Part shown: positions 10,097 to 18,472 of the stretch, one piece after another | Numbering within the stretch: position 1 is the stretch's first letter | How the letters are laid out: the number at the start of each line of letters is the position of its first letter | IMG/VR virus record: IMGVR_UViG_3300036715_002161 | Location: 32,001 to 96,000 of that record | Source of the DNA: a virus | Strand: one strand, 5' to 3' | Length of the DNA stretch: 64,000 nt | Notes under the pieces: model-generated | What the model was told of the DNA's origin: nothing | Database searches by the model: none | The model's input: only the letters and a program-made list of their open reading frames with translations | Translations under genes and position numbers: made by a program

Positions 10097-10150
10097 ATTT
10101 AACCTGGCAGTCTAGCTGACCCTTACAAGTTGCTCACTTTTGCGTTAGGC
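10097..10150 (+). repeat. degenerate attC-like site
   Basis: ATTTAAC...GCTCACTTTGC-GTTAGGC; upstream gene stop lies in R'. Confidence 0.55.
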
Positions 10151-10405
10151 CAACTCAAATACATGGAATATTAGGTAGCCTCCGTGAATCCCATAGGTTC
10201 CCACGTACTCGCCCGGACCGTCATGTATTAGATTGCCTGTGCCGTAGGTGGCAAAGTTGCGGGGCACGATAGGTTCCATCTCATCCACTAAAGCCCACAG
10301 TTGTGGTATGCCGTCTTGTGCTTGCACCTTAAGTAGCTTCGCACCCTTGTGGATGTGTAGGGTTTGCAAGTCAGTAACTGTCAGCGTCCATTTCAAAATT
10401 TTCAT
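10145..10405 (-). CDS. phage hypothetical protein
   Basis: MKILKWTL...PQLWALVD...GTG...YVGT...FHVFE; GGAG SD before ATG at 10405. Confidence 0.65.
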   Translation of the reverse strand: MKILKWTLTVTDLQTLHIHKGAKLLKVQAQDGIPQLWALVDEMEPIVPRNFATYGTGNLIHDGPGEYVGTYGIHGGYLIFHVFELA

Positions 10406-10530
10406 GTTCTCTCCAAGGTTATGCGGGCCATTACTAATATAAATAGAGAGTATCTCTCTACTATTGTTATACCAAAATAAGTGTACTTTGACTAAAAAAA
10501 ATAAAGGACCTGGTAAGGTCACCCTTATTT

Positions 10531-10558
10531 AAAAAACAGCGCTCTGAATTGAGCGCTG
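10531..10558 (-). terminator. intrinsic terminator
   Basis: CAGCGCTC/GAGCGCTG hairpin with A6 on + (T6 on -), after gene 10565..10750. Confidence 0.75.
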
Positions 10559-10564
10559 CTGTTG

Positions 10565-10750
10565 TTACATAGCTCCGACCGTGTGGTCATCAAACACCTC
10601 TGATAGACTGGTCTTCAGATACTGTTCTACCTTGTAACACCCATAGGCCGTGATAGAAAGCCCCAGTATACTCAGATAGGTGTCATAGTTGGACTTAAGG
10701 TGATCCAAGACCTTAGATGTAAAACTTGCTTCTTTGGCAGGTGCATTCAT
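10565..10750 (-). CDS. small membrane protein
   Basis: AAGGAG SD, own promoter and terminator, one hydrophobic stretch. Confidence 0.6.
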   Translation of the reverse strand: MNAPAKEASFTSKVLDHLKSNYDTYLSILGLSITAYGCYKVEQYLKTSLSEVFDDHTVGAM

Positions 10751-10896
10751 TTGTAATACTCCTTATATTATATTTGGACAAACGGTATGTTTTATCCTAC
10801 TATTGTTATACCAAAATAAGTGTACTTTGACTAAAAAAATAAAGGGCCTAGAGTAGTGACCAAGGTTTTACTTGGTAAGGTCTACCACTATTTAAA

Positions 10897-10941
10897 AACC
10901 CTGACCCGCAAAAGCTTCATCCGGTTAACTCTATGTTATGT
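10897..10941 (+). repeat. partial attC-like site, similar to 19360-19422
   Basis: ...gacccgcaaaagcttcatccggttaactctat-GTTATGT; gene stop lies in R'. Confidence 0.55.
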
Positions 10942-11202
10942 GTCACTTGGTACGTTGGTTATTTCAGCATTATAGCGAGTATTCCATCGCTCTATTGCCT
11001 GCTCTTTGTCACGCCCGATCCGTTCGATCATCCGGCTTGGGCCAGGGGCTTCAGCGCACCAATGCCGCACCGAAACGCTGACCGGGTCGCTATACCTCAT
11101 GCCAACCCAGACTCTCCCGTTGTCTTTGAATTCGGTTATACCGCCGGGACAAAACGGGCACGGTAGCAACCGCTTCAAATCTTCATCCTTAGCTTCTATC
11201 AT
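10936..11202 (-). CDS. Lar-like restriction alleviation protein
   Basis: LLPCPFCPGG...AIERWN. Confidence 0.55.
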   Translation of the reverse strand: MIEAKDEDLKRLLPCPFCPGGITEFKDNGRVWVGMRYSDPVSVSVRHWCAEAPGPSRMIERIGRDKEQAIERWNTRYNAEITNVPSDT

Positions 11203-11539
11203 TTCAGCCTCCTATCATCTGTCTGCACCTCTTGCAGTCTCTTGCCACAGTGCATTTTATTATCCGATGGTGTGCCCTCGCTTATGTCAAAAAGGTTTCC
11301 GCATCCGGTAACCCAAAAGCCATTATTGTCTTCAACCCAGTTACACTGTTCACTCATTTCAATTGTTCCTTTGTTAGAAGGCTCTCGCCACAGTATGGGC
11401 ATACACGTGAGTGCCTCTCTGACCGGTTTCCCCTGACGAACCCAAAGCAGTTTCCGCAGGTGCTAACCCAAAAACCTTCTCCGTCGTTGTCTTCGACCCA
11501 TGTATATGTTTTGTCTTCATGCAGTAGTGTATCCATCAT
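11199..11539 (-). CDS. two tandem small Cys-rich paralogous ORFs (11354..11539 and 11199..~11357)
   Basis: Both contain WVEDN..G.FWV..CGN.F. Confidence 0.55.
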
Positions 11540-11583
11540 TTCTCCTTTTCAAAGTGCCTCACTTCAAAGGTAGGCGGTTAACC

Positions 11584-11838
11584 TTAGCCACCTATGCGCC
11601 GGTACTCCATGCATACAGTATCTGTGACCGTCTGCATGGTTGCTATCTTCCCTATATACATTGGCTGTATATGTGTGCGATACACAGGATTCACGCATTC
11701 CCAGTCGCCTTTCTTAAGTTCAAATGTTGGCTGATTGATTTCTTTCCATAAGCCAACACTAACAACAGCAAAGATGCCTGTTAAGATAACTACTATAATC
11801 CATTCCATACGATTCATATTTTCTCCTCTGTTTGCCAT
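11584..11838 (-). CDS. small membrane-anchored hypothetical protein
   Basis: N-terminal hydrophobic helix. Confidence 0.55.
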   Translation of the reverse strand: MANRGENMNRMEWIIVVILTGIFAVVSVGLWKEINQPTFELKKGDWECVNPVYRTHIQPMYIGKIATMQTVTDTVCMEYRRIGG

Positions 11839-12395
11839 GGCGCTCGGCCTTCACACATTTTGATGAACATCGATTTCTGAGCATCTTCCTCAGAAGCTCC
11901 AGTAGCAGCCCTAGCAGCAAACGCAGCAGCCCCCGCAGCAGCCTTAGCAGCCCTAGCAGCAAACGCAGCAGCAAACGCAGCAGTCCCTTCAGTAGTCCAC
12001 GCAGCAGCATTCGCAGCAGTCCACGCAGCAGCCAATTCAGAATCCGTAGCCTCTCCATTGGCATAGCGCTCAGCTACGTCTGGCGCGGCTATGCTGCGTG
12101 GATCAGTCATCAAGTGTTGCACCCTCCTAGCACACCAAACAGCAAATAGGCGGGAGTCCCTTTCTGTACCTGGAATACATAGGAGAGCCCACAGGGCATC
12201 ACCCAGGCAATTACTAGAGACTATGGAAGCCAACGGTAGAGGCCCCCTATGTTCGTAGCTGATGTAGTATTCTCGGGTGGAATCCAGGCTGGTGAACGGG
12301 AGTCCCTGAAGGCTTCTAACTACCTTGTTATATCCATTAAAGCAGGCTCTTTTTTTACTTAGGGAGGAAAGGGTTATTGTTAGCGGGTAGTTCAT
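11814..12395 (-). CDS. phage protein of RLFAVWCARRVQHL family (Imm5-like), Ala-rich tail
   Basis: Paralog of 8003..8605. Confidence 0.6.
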   Translation of the reverse strand: MNYPLTITLSSLSKKRACFNGYNKVVRSLQGLPFTSLDSTREYYISYEHRGPLPLASIVSSNCLGDALWALLCIPGTERDSRLFAVWCARRVQHLMTDPRSIAAPDVAERYANGEATDSELAAAWTAANAAAWTTEGTAAFAAAFAARAAKAAAGAAAFAARAATGASEEDAQKSMFIKMCEGRAPWQTEEKI

Positions 12396-12461
12396 AGTGG
12401 TGTTCCTTGAATGTTATCTGGCAGCATCTTGGCGCGTCTTCTGTACCGGGCAATTAACTTA

Positions 12462-12959
12462 TTACTTGGGCGTAGTGTAGAGCGGGAGACAAAAACTCTC
12501 ATTCCAACCATCAGTCGTCTTTGCAAAAGAGTGGTAATGCCAATCTCCTGCATCGTCCACTAGGAATCGAGAATAGCCATAAGGCTTACTCTGTACTTTG
12601 TAGGCGGCAATGCGCTCTTCAAGCACCGCCGCGTAGCCGTCCATGCAACGGGCTTGGTTGCGCAACCGTGACTGTTCGGCTTCCGACAGATCGGCAAACT
12701 GAATCGTATGAAAGAAGGTAGATAACTTTATCAGCTTCTTGTCGAGTTCGGCCTTCTCAGTTAAAACGCGTTTATGGACGTAGGTTTTGAATGCGTCTTC
12801 TGGCCGATGATTGATCTCTTCCATTTGTGCTATTAGTGCTTCTCTGAGTACAATGATGGCTGGACGGCATTTCTTTTCCCATATTCTGTAGTAACTGCCG
12901 CCCAGTATAGATATTTCTTCTAGCGCCTCAAGCGCCAGTTCCATTGCTTTCTTGCTCAT
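12462..12959 (-). CDS. chimeric phage protein (MSKKAM module + coiled-coil crAss001_48-like module)
   Basis: RVLTEKAELDKKLIKL..F...EQSRL..Q...M..Y..VLEERIAA. Confidence 0.55.
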   Translation of the reverse strand: MSKKAMELALEALEEISILGGSYYRIWEKKCRPAIIVLREALIAQMEEINHRPEDAFKTYVHKRVLTEKAELDKKLIKLSTFFHTIQFADLSEAEQSRLRNQARCMDGYAAVLEERIAAYKVQSKPYGYSRFLVDDAGDWHYHSFAKTTDGWNESFCLPLYTTPK

Positions 12960-12960
12960 A

Positions 12961-13518
12961 TCAATCTCCATAAGGTAGTCCATCTGTAAGCGCATTGCCA
13001 GCGTTTCCTTGCTGCTCCGGGTTGTTCGGGTTAGGCGACACACCATTAGTATTGAGCACATTTATAGGTATCCCAATGCAGGCATTAACGCAGGCCGCAA
13101 TCCGCTTAGCGTCGGACTCAGAAATTGCGTAGCCGATTTTCTCTCCCGGTGGGCAGACATACCAGCCATCTATATCCTCACCATATCCCCATATCGTGCC
13201 GCCTAACCCTACATTCGAGAGCGACTCCCCAAAAGCGTAGCTCGCCATCGCGGCGCGCAACATTTCAACTTCGGCATTCGAGTCGGACTCACCCTGCTGC
13301 TTGATTGCTTCAACAGTCGAAGCGTGACAACCCATGCGTTCGCAGCCACCTACAAACCCTTCTAATGAGCAGCCATCTTCAAACTCTGGGCCATTATCTT
13401 GTTGAGTGATCGCTTCCTTAAGTGCGGCGATGGCAGCATCACTTTTAGGAATCGCCCGCGTCTGCTCACGGTGATATTCCAGCGCCTCAAGTGCCTGTTC
13501 CATTGCTTTCTTGCTCAT
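12961..13518 (-). CDS. chimeric hypothetical protein reading through an attC-like site
   Basis: MSKKAM module...SLSNVGLG (attC arm at 13201)...AKRIAACVNAC. Confidence 0.55.
   Translation of the reverse strand: MSKKAMEQALEALEYHREQTRAIPKSDAAIAALKEAITQQDNGPEFEDGCSLEGFVGGCERMGCHASTVEAIKQQGESDSNAEVEMLRAAMASYAFGESLSNVGLGGTIWGYGEDIDGWYVCPPGEKIGYAISESDAKRIAACVNACIGIPINVLNTNGVSPNPNNPEQQGNAGNALTDGLPYGD
13201..13282 (+). repeat. attC-like site embedded in an ORF
   Basis: GCCTAAC-cctaca-TTCGAGAGCGAC, nearly identical to left arm at 17876; right arm degenerate. Confidence 0.6.
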
Positions 13519-13519
13519 T

Positions 13520-13780
13520 TCAATCTCCATAGGGTAGTCCATCCGTAAGTGCGTTGCCAGCGTTAGCCACCTCATTCTCATAATCTGGCGGGTCCACGAA
13601 ATAAAAATTTCTCGGCAAAGGTGCAAGGCCATCAAGTTTTGCAGCAAGCATCCAGAGAAGTTTTTCCCGAACTACAACGCCATCCACTTCAGTAACAAAG
13701 TGGTCGCCCTCTTGCCACACAAATACAGGAAACCTTCCACAGTACGTTAGGTGCAGCGTTATTGCTTCGTTTTTGTTCAT
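13520..13780 (-). CDS. hypothetical protein
   Basis: Ends ANAGNALTDGLPYGD like 12961..13518; reads through GTTAGCC at 13562. Confidence 0.55.
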   Translation of the reverse strand: MNKNEAITLHLTYCGRFPVFVWQEGDHFVTEVDGVVVREKLLWMLAAKLDGLAPLPRNFYFVDPPDYENEVANAGNALTDGLPYGD

Positions 13781-13882
13781 GTTTTACTCCGTTGTTAGCC
13801 GTGGTCGAACTATTCAATCGCCGCCATAGCGAATTTCTTACGAATCGCATCAATACAATCACATGGGGTTGTATCTGGCATC

Positions 13883-14182
13883 TTATCCAACTCTATCACC
13901 TAAGTAGAGTGGGCGGCAAAGAGAGACATTCCAACCCTCAGTTGTCATTGCAATAGAATGTAAACGCCGATAACCTAGATCGTCTAACATGTATCTAGCA
14001 TAGCCGAACGGCTCATCCAGCTGCTTGATCGCTTCTTTGAGTACATCTGTGGCTGTGCATCCATAGAATAGAGCTTCTTGCAGGACCGACATTCCAGCAT
14101 TTGATCCTGAGTGCTTATGTGCTATAGTTGCGTCCCATTTTTCTAAGGCATCAAGCGCCAGTTCCATTGCTTTCTTGCTCAT
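13883..14182 (-). CDS. hypothetical protein (MSKKAM module)
   Basis: Shares N- and C-terminal modules with 12462..12959. Confidence 0.55.
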   Translation of the reverse strand: MSKKAMELALDALEKWDATIAHKHSGSNAGMSVLQEALFYGCTATDVLKEAIKQLDEPFGYARYMLDDLGYRRLHSIAMTTEGWNVSLCRPLYLGDRVG

Positions 14183-14382
14183 TTCAATCTCCCTGGGGTA
14201 GTATCAATGGTTAGCGCCAACTCTTGCAAGTCTGCCATTACTTCTTTATTCATGGCTATACACCAGGCAGCGAATCTGTAGCGAGTCCAGCGCATAGGTG
14301 CATCGTCGTCAATAATCTGGCACAAAGCCCATGCAATGCGGTCTTTTGTACTTGCGGTTTCTTTGTCGTATGGTATGTACAT
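14179..14382 (-). CDS. hypothetical protein
   Basis: Coupled ORF. Confidence 0.5.
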   Translation of the reverse strand: MYIPYDKETASTKDRIAWALCQIIDDDAPMRWTRYRFAAWCIAMNKEVMADLQELALTIDTTPGRLK

Positions 14383-14407
14383 ATCAATCCCCTTGGTTAT
14401 GGGTTAC

Positions 14408-15100
14408 TTACAGGGTTTCTTTAAAGTGCTTCATTGTAACTGGGCAGACGGCAGTCGCCAGTTCCAGTAAAGCCTCAGCGTACACCCGGATTTCGTACTG
14501 GGCATGTGCATGAAGTCGAAGACGCAAGAAGTGCATGAGGTTGTGTAGGTCGACCGAGGCAAACATATGGCTGTAGGTACCCGTAGTGAGTACTGACCTG
14601 GCTAGCTCTCTTGGACAGCCTTCCCTGATGAGGCTCTGGTATACCTCAAAGCATGAGTTGTTGGCAGCATCGATAGTCAGCTGGAATTTGCTGGCTAATG
14701 GATGTACTTCCTCAGTCCTCATTTGTTTATTGTCCTTGCTTTGCGTGGTTATTTGAGCCAGCTCCGGTACGTAGTACTCTTCTGGTAGCTCTGCGTACCT
14801 AGCACTAACTTCATTGTAGCTCCAGGTGCGGTGGCGGTGCCACTGTCTCAATACGAAGATGGGGGCCTTCACCTCAAAGGTGAACTGCACCGACTCAAAG
14901 GGGCTTGTGTGTTTGTTATTCAGCAGGTACTTGATGAGCTTCTCATCCTTACCCGAATCCTCTCCTGTGCGCCACTCCGCTGCATAGCTTACGCGAGCTG
15001 CCCGCACTATGGATAGATCACTGCCCATACTATCTACTAGCCTGACTAACCCACGGTCCAATACTTTGAATTCCATTTTAATCTCCTGTAGTTCGTTCAC
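14408..15100 (-). CDS. thyX: FAD-dependent thymidylate synthase
   Basis: AARVSY, HTSPFE, RQWHRHRTWSYNEVSARY ThyX motif, ELARSVL, LRLHAHAQYEIR. Confidence 0.95.
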   Translation of the reverse strand: MNELQEIKMEFKVLDRGLVRLVDSMGSDLSIVRAARVSYAAEWRTGEDSGKDEKLIKYLLNNKHTSPFESVQFTFEVKAPIFVLRQWHRHRTWSYNEVSARYAELPEEYYVPELAQITTQSKDNKQMRTEEVHPLASKFQLTIDAANNSCFEVYQSLIREGCPRELARSVLTTGTYSHMFASVDLHNLMHFLRLRLHAHAQYEIRVYAEALLELATAVCPVTMKHFKETL

Positions 15101-15333
15101 GTTGGGGCTGTCTCTGATTGGGGAATATCAAGGAATCTCACATGCTCTAAAGGTACATTGCTTATAGTTCCATCTGGCCACTCAACAATTGCAGTTGTGT
15201 AGTTACCCGCACAAGTCGCGAACTCTTCGTAGTTCACGCCGAATTGATGAAACATCGCTTCGCCCTTTTCCTCCAGTCTCCATACACCGCTGGGGAACTG
15301 CTTTTTAAGCTCACTTACCATTACTTTACGCAT
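15097..15333 (-). CDS. phage hypothetical protein
   Basis: FHQFGVNYEEF...GNYTTAIVEWPDG motif. Confidence 0.6.
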   Translation of the reverse strand: MRKVMVSELKKQFPSGVWRLEEKGEAMFHQFGVNYEEFATCAGNYTTAIVEWPDGTISNVPLEHVRFLDIPQSETAPT

Positions 15334-15370
15334 TTCATTTCCTTTCTTTCATCTTGGTGCATATCACGGG

Positions 15371-15598
15371 TTAGGGGTAGGCGGCTAACCTTACTTTGGG
15401 GCGTAGCGGGCACCATTTTGGTATCGCCTGTTTATTATCGTTCCATTTGCGCAGAGCTATACGCTTGTTGTGATGTGCTTTGCATGTCCACTCATCTATT
15501 GACTCGAATACATCCGCTTTGTGGAAGCGTTTGCTCTCATGATTAGGGCACCACCCGCAGTCCGCCACTGTCCTTATAAACTGTACTGTTTCAGTCAT
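15371..15598 (-). CDS. small Cys-rich hypothetical protein
   Basis: CGWCP...C...IPKWCPL. Confidence 0.55.
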   Translation of the reverse strand: MTETVQFIRTVADCGWCPNHESKRFHKADVFESIDEWTCKAHHNKRIALRKWNDNKQAIPKWCPLRPKVRLAAYP

Positions 15599-15599
15599 T

Positions 15600-15854
15600 T
15601 CAATCCCCCTCCATGGTTGTGAAGAAAGTTTGGAAATACTCGGCCCGCTCAGTCATATTGCTCATTAGATAAAAGTATATGCAGCCAATATCACAATATT
15701 CAGGTTCAGGATCATCAGGGAACTCATCGGCCCAGTTAGCCACGGCTATCTCTGTGCGCCACTGAAAAGCCTGCTCCTTAGTCTTGAACACCCGCACCTC
15801 TGTGCTATCTACTGTTTTGTATAATGCTACTACGCTTTGCTGTTCTTCACTCAT
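15600..15854 (-). CDS. hypothetical protein
   Basis: Paralog of 9264..9521. Confidence 0.6.
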   Translation of the reverse strand: MSEEQQSVVALYKTVDSTEVRVFKTKEQAFQWRTEIAVANWADEFPDDPEPEYCDIGCIYFYLMSNMTERAEYFQTFFTTMEGD

Positions 15855-15881
15855 GTCAACTTACCTTTGAACGCTGTGATT

Positions 15882-16073
15882 CTATTCATGCTCGGCCCTG
15901 GCCTCAAGTACCCTGTAGTCCTTACTGTACTGATCGTTTAATTCCCCCCACAGTGGGTCATCTGCTGTGAGTTTGGTAGGCTTATGCGCCCAAATCTCAT
16001 TTGTTATCGCTGCACCCACTATACCTCCCATGACCATTGAGACCGAAGCCAAAAGCAAATCGTGGTTAATCAT
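15882..16073 (-). CDS. small membrane hypothetical protein
   Basis: Hydrophobic N-terminus, coupled ORF. Confidence 0.45.
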   Translation of the reverse strand: MINHDLLLASVSMVMGGIVGAAITNEIWAHKPTKLTADDPLWGELNDQYSKDYRVLEARAEHE

Positions 16074-16293
16074 TTTCTACTCCGTAACTTGGTGTAAAAC
16101 AAGTTGAACAAACGCAGCACACGCAACATTCAATATCTGGCCGATCATTATCCTCAAAGCTTTTAATGTCTTGCTCAGTATATCCTGCATCTTTCCGGTT
16201 TTTTGCACTCCAGTCACCACTCCCTCCACCCCAATCAGAATCAAGGCGAAAGTGTCCAATTCTTGTGCTTTTACAGTTAGGGCAAATCTGCAT
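16066..16293 (-). CDS. Cys-rich zinc-ribbon-like protein
   Basis: MQICPNCKS...CCVCCVC; paralog of N-terminus of 19623..20048. Confidence 0.55.
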   Translation of the reverse strand: MQICPNCKSTRIGHFRLDSDWGGGSGDWSAKNRKDAGYTEQDIKSFEDNDRPDIECCVCCVCSTCFTPSYGVEND

Positions 16294-16540
16294 AACTCTC
16301 TCCTATTAAGCTAGATGGACTGAAGTATTTAATAAGCGAAAACATGGCATCTTTGTCTTGCGACCATTTGCACTTCACAATAACCTGGGTTGTCGTGTTC
16401 TCGCCTTCCTTGGGTCGCAGCACCTTTAACGCTTTTGCCCAGCCATACCTTGGATGGTCTTTGTGCCTGTAGCTTTTGTCAATCACTATGTCTTTTGCTC
16501 TCATCATTTTCTCCGTCCTGTAGCTCAATACTTCAAACAT
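16277..16540 (-). CDS. hypothetical protein
   Basis: ORF track, packed in operon. Confidence 0.5.
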   Translation of the reverse strand: MFEVLSYRTEKMMRAKDIVIDKSYRHKDHPRYGWAKALKVLRPKEGENTTTQVIVKCKWSQDKDAMFSLIKYFSPSSLIGESYADLP

Positions 16541-16976
16541 CGCTTTCCTCCACTAAGCCCTGAGGTGTCGGCAGCTTAGTGGTGTCCACTCCGAAGCAAC
16601 TTTGCATGAAGCGTGTAGTCGCTGCGTTGGCCTCGTCGGGCAGTATGCCTTCGTACAGCATATTCATCGCAATCTCGCAGTGCCATCCCCACGCATATTT
16701 GGGGTCATCTCGCATTTCACTCTTCAAGATTTCGAGCGCCGCCTCAATGCGACTTGGTGTCTTGGTGTCGCCATCTAGGCTGCACCGCGCCGGCCATTGA
16801 GAGAACGGTTCGCAGGTGCTGTCAACCCCGCGCAGTTCCATAAAAGCTTTGATTTCTTCAGCCATCGGGGCAGAGTTGTTGGCCGAAGCAGTCAAAGGCT
16901 TGTTACGCATTGTAAGATAGTCGCCGAAGTCTAACAGCACTCCCGCAACAATGTGATCCAGTCGTTCAAGGCTCAT
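16533..16976 (-). CDS. hypothetical protein
   Basis: AAGGA SD in shared leader; DPKYAWGWHCEIAM motif. Confidence 0.6.
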   Translation of the reverse strand: MSLERLDHIVAGVLLDFGDYLTMRNKPLTASANNSAPMAEEIKAFMELRGVDSTCEPFSQWPARCSLDGDTKTPSRIEAALEILKSEMRDDPKYAWGWHCEIAMNMLYEGILPDEANAATTRFMQSCFGVDTTKLPTPQGLVEESDV

Positions 16977-17024
16977 AGTTTAATTTCCTTTTAAAGTTCC
17001 GCACTTTGAAGGTAGGCGGCTAAC

Positions 17025-17324
17025 CTACCAAATAGCAACCAACTTTCGTCCGTTTGCTTTGTCGCCATCTATCAGTTCAATCCTAACGCCAGGAACAAAA
17101 GTAATTGCTTCGGCTACATTATCACCTTGCTGCGTAGTTACTTGTACAACACACCCAACACCATCAATCTGCATTGCCTTTGTTGACTTCATCCACCCTT
17201 GCGCCGTGGAGGATGCTTTGCAAATAAGCTGGAATGTATCACCATTGCCAAACACTTTCAAGTCGTTAATATTCGCAGTTGCTCCTTTCACCTCTGTGAT
17301 GTCCATCAATTTAGGTTCTGTCAT
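17025..17324 (-). CDS. phage hypothetical protein
   Basis: GNGDTFQLICKASS..QGWMKSTKAM...GCVVQVTTQ; GAGGA SD before MTEPK. Confidence 0.65.
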   Translation of the reverse strand: MTEPKLMDITEVKGATANINDLKVFGNGDTFQLICKASSTAQGWMKSTKAMQIDGVGCVVQVTTQQGDNVAEAITFVPGVRIELIDGDKANGRKLVAIW

Positions 17325-17417
17325 CTTACTTTCCTCTTTCAAAATGCCGCACTTCAAAGGTAGGCGGTTAACCTCTTGCTCCGTATCAAATACGTTCAAG
17401 CGGATTATGTAGCACTG

Positions 17418-17600
17418 TCATTTCGGCTTAGTGGCGTCTCCGATGTTCTTCATCACACCTTTGAGTGCAGTAGCGGTATGAGGCTCATCCTTATCGGTGA
17501 GTGCTCCTCCCATTGTTATCACGTCAGCGACAATCGCAACAGGTGTTTCGACAACAACACCAATAACTGCCTTGGTCAAATTCTCAAGTAATCCAAACAT
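17418..17600 (-). CDS. small hypothetical protein
   Basis: Paralog of 18241..18435 (MFG.L.NLTKA). Confidence 0.6.
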   Translation of the reverse strand: MFGLLENLTKAVIGVVVETPVAIVADVITMGGALTDKDEPHTATALKGVMKNIGDATKPK

Positions 17601-17674
17601 AGTCTATTCATCCTTTTAAAGTGCCTCACTTCAAGGGTAGGAGGCTAAACCATTTTCTCGGTATCTGGTGCATA

Positions 17675-17935
17675 TCACGGGTTAGGCCACTCTGCCACGG
17701 TGGTAACGTCCTTCGATGCTCCGCACCGTATGCACAAATAGCCTGTGGTAGCCCACTTCAACCCGTCGCTGTCTGGTTGCAGGTCTAACATTCCACATGT
17801 GACCGACCATCGGTGCAAACCAAGCCAACAAAGCATCGGCGTGTACCCAACTTTTGCCGCCAACGATTGCTTCTGGCCTAACCCTACATTCGAGAGGGAC
17901 GCTCCTTCAGCAGTTTCATTATTGTTTGAGTTCAT
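17675..17935 (-). CDS. hypothetical protein starting inside an attC loop
   Basis: N-terminus ...SLSNVGLG encoded by attC arm; LCWLGLHRW...CIRCG. Confidence 0.55.
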   Translation of the reverse strand: MNSNNNETAEGASLSNVGLGQKQSLAAKVGYTPMLCWLGLHRWSVTCGMLDLQPDSDGLKWATTGYLCIRCGASKDVTTVAEWPNP

Positions 17936-17964
17936 CAGTCGCGCCCCTCAATTCAGCGTTAGCC
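17876..17964 (+). repeat. integron attC-like site (complete)
   Basis: GCCTAAC-cctaca-TTCGAGAGGGACGC...GCGCCCCTCAA-ttcagc-GTTAGCC. Confidence 0.85.
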
Positions 17965-18203
17965 ACCTCAAACTGAGATCCGTGGTAAACCTCTTTATTC
18001 GTGTAGTCTGAGATTTGCCACATTCCAGACCCTTCGTTAAACCACCACGCTAGATCTGGATAATTATCGTCCGGCTTGCTTAACTGGAATAGCGTCCCAC
18101 CTACTTTCCTTAGGTGCGTAGCTGCGGCACGTCTAGTGGCTAACACTTTGGTCAAGCGGGACTGGCCGTCAGCGGCTTCGGTTGTTTCTTGTGTTTCACT
18201 CAT
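17919..18203 (-). CDS. hypothetical protein running from one attC loop to the next
   Basis: SD/ATG in loop of 18138-18251 site; stop in loop of 17876-17964 site. Confidence 0.6.
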   Translation of the reverse strand: MSETQETTEAADGQSRLTKVLATRRAAATHLRKVGGTLFQLSKPDDNYPDLAWWFNEGSGMWQISDYTNKEVYHGSQFEVANAELRGATDELKQ

Positions 18204-18251
18204 TGCTTATCTCCTGTTGTTGCGGCCAGCCCCTTACCTTCTACGTTATGT
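18138..18251 (+). repeat. integron attC-like site (complete)
   Basis: GGCTAAC-actttg-GTCAAGCGGGACTGGCCG...CGGCCAGCCCCTTAC-cttctac-GTTATGT. Confidence 0.85.
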
Positions 18252-18435
18252 CACTATCTATGGCCTTGTTAACGCTCTTTCCAGCCGCATTAAGTAAGTC
18301 GCCAGTGCGTCCGAATGGGTGGTCATCCTCATGGTCAGCACTTGCGAATAATGTCAATATATCAACTACGAGTGCGACTGGTGTTAATGCCACGGCAACT
18401 GCTGCCTTTGTCAAATTTCTAAGTATTCCAAACAT
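18241..18435 (-). CDS. small hypothetical protein
   Basis: Paralog of 17418..17600. Confidence 0.6.
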   Translation of the reverse strand: MFGILRNLTKAAVAVALTPVALVVDILTLFASADHEDDHPFGRTGDLLNAAGKSVNKAIDSDIT

Positions 18436-18454
18436 TTTTCTCTTTCAAAGTTAT

Positions 18455-18472
18455 ACCTAACCCGCGTTAGGT
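18455..18472 (+). repeat. collapsed attC-like site (only R''/R' boxes left)
   Basis: ACCTAAC-ccgc-GTTAGGT. Confidence 0.5.

Larger units (their letters stand above)
10458..10845 (-). promoter_or_regulatory. two near-identical ~50-bp early promoter copies (10458-10507, 10797-10845): TAGTCA-N17-(TGG)TATAAC
   Basis: Direct repeat ctactattgttataccaaaataagtgtactttgactaaaaaaataaagg. Confidence 0.7.

Noticed and set aside
11880-12035. GCAGCA-rich repeats
   Set aside because: Explained by the Ala-rich coding tail of 11814..12395; the overlapping Leu/Arg-rich ORF 11759..12064 is a frame artefact
15352-17690. GGTGCATATCA motif as XerC/D dif site
   Set aside because: Only loose similarity to the XerC arm; no TTATGTTAAAT XerD arm at 6-bp spacing
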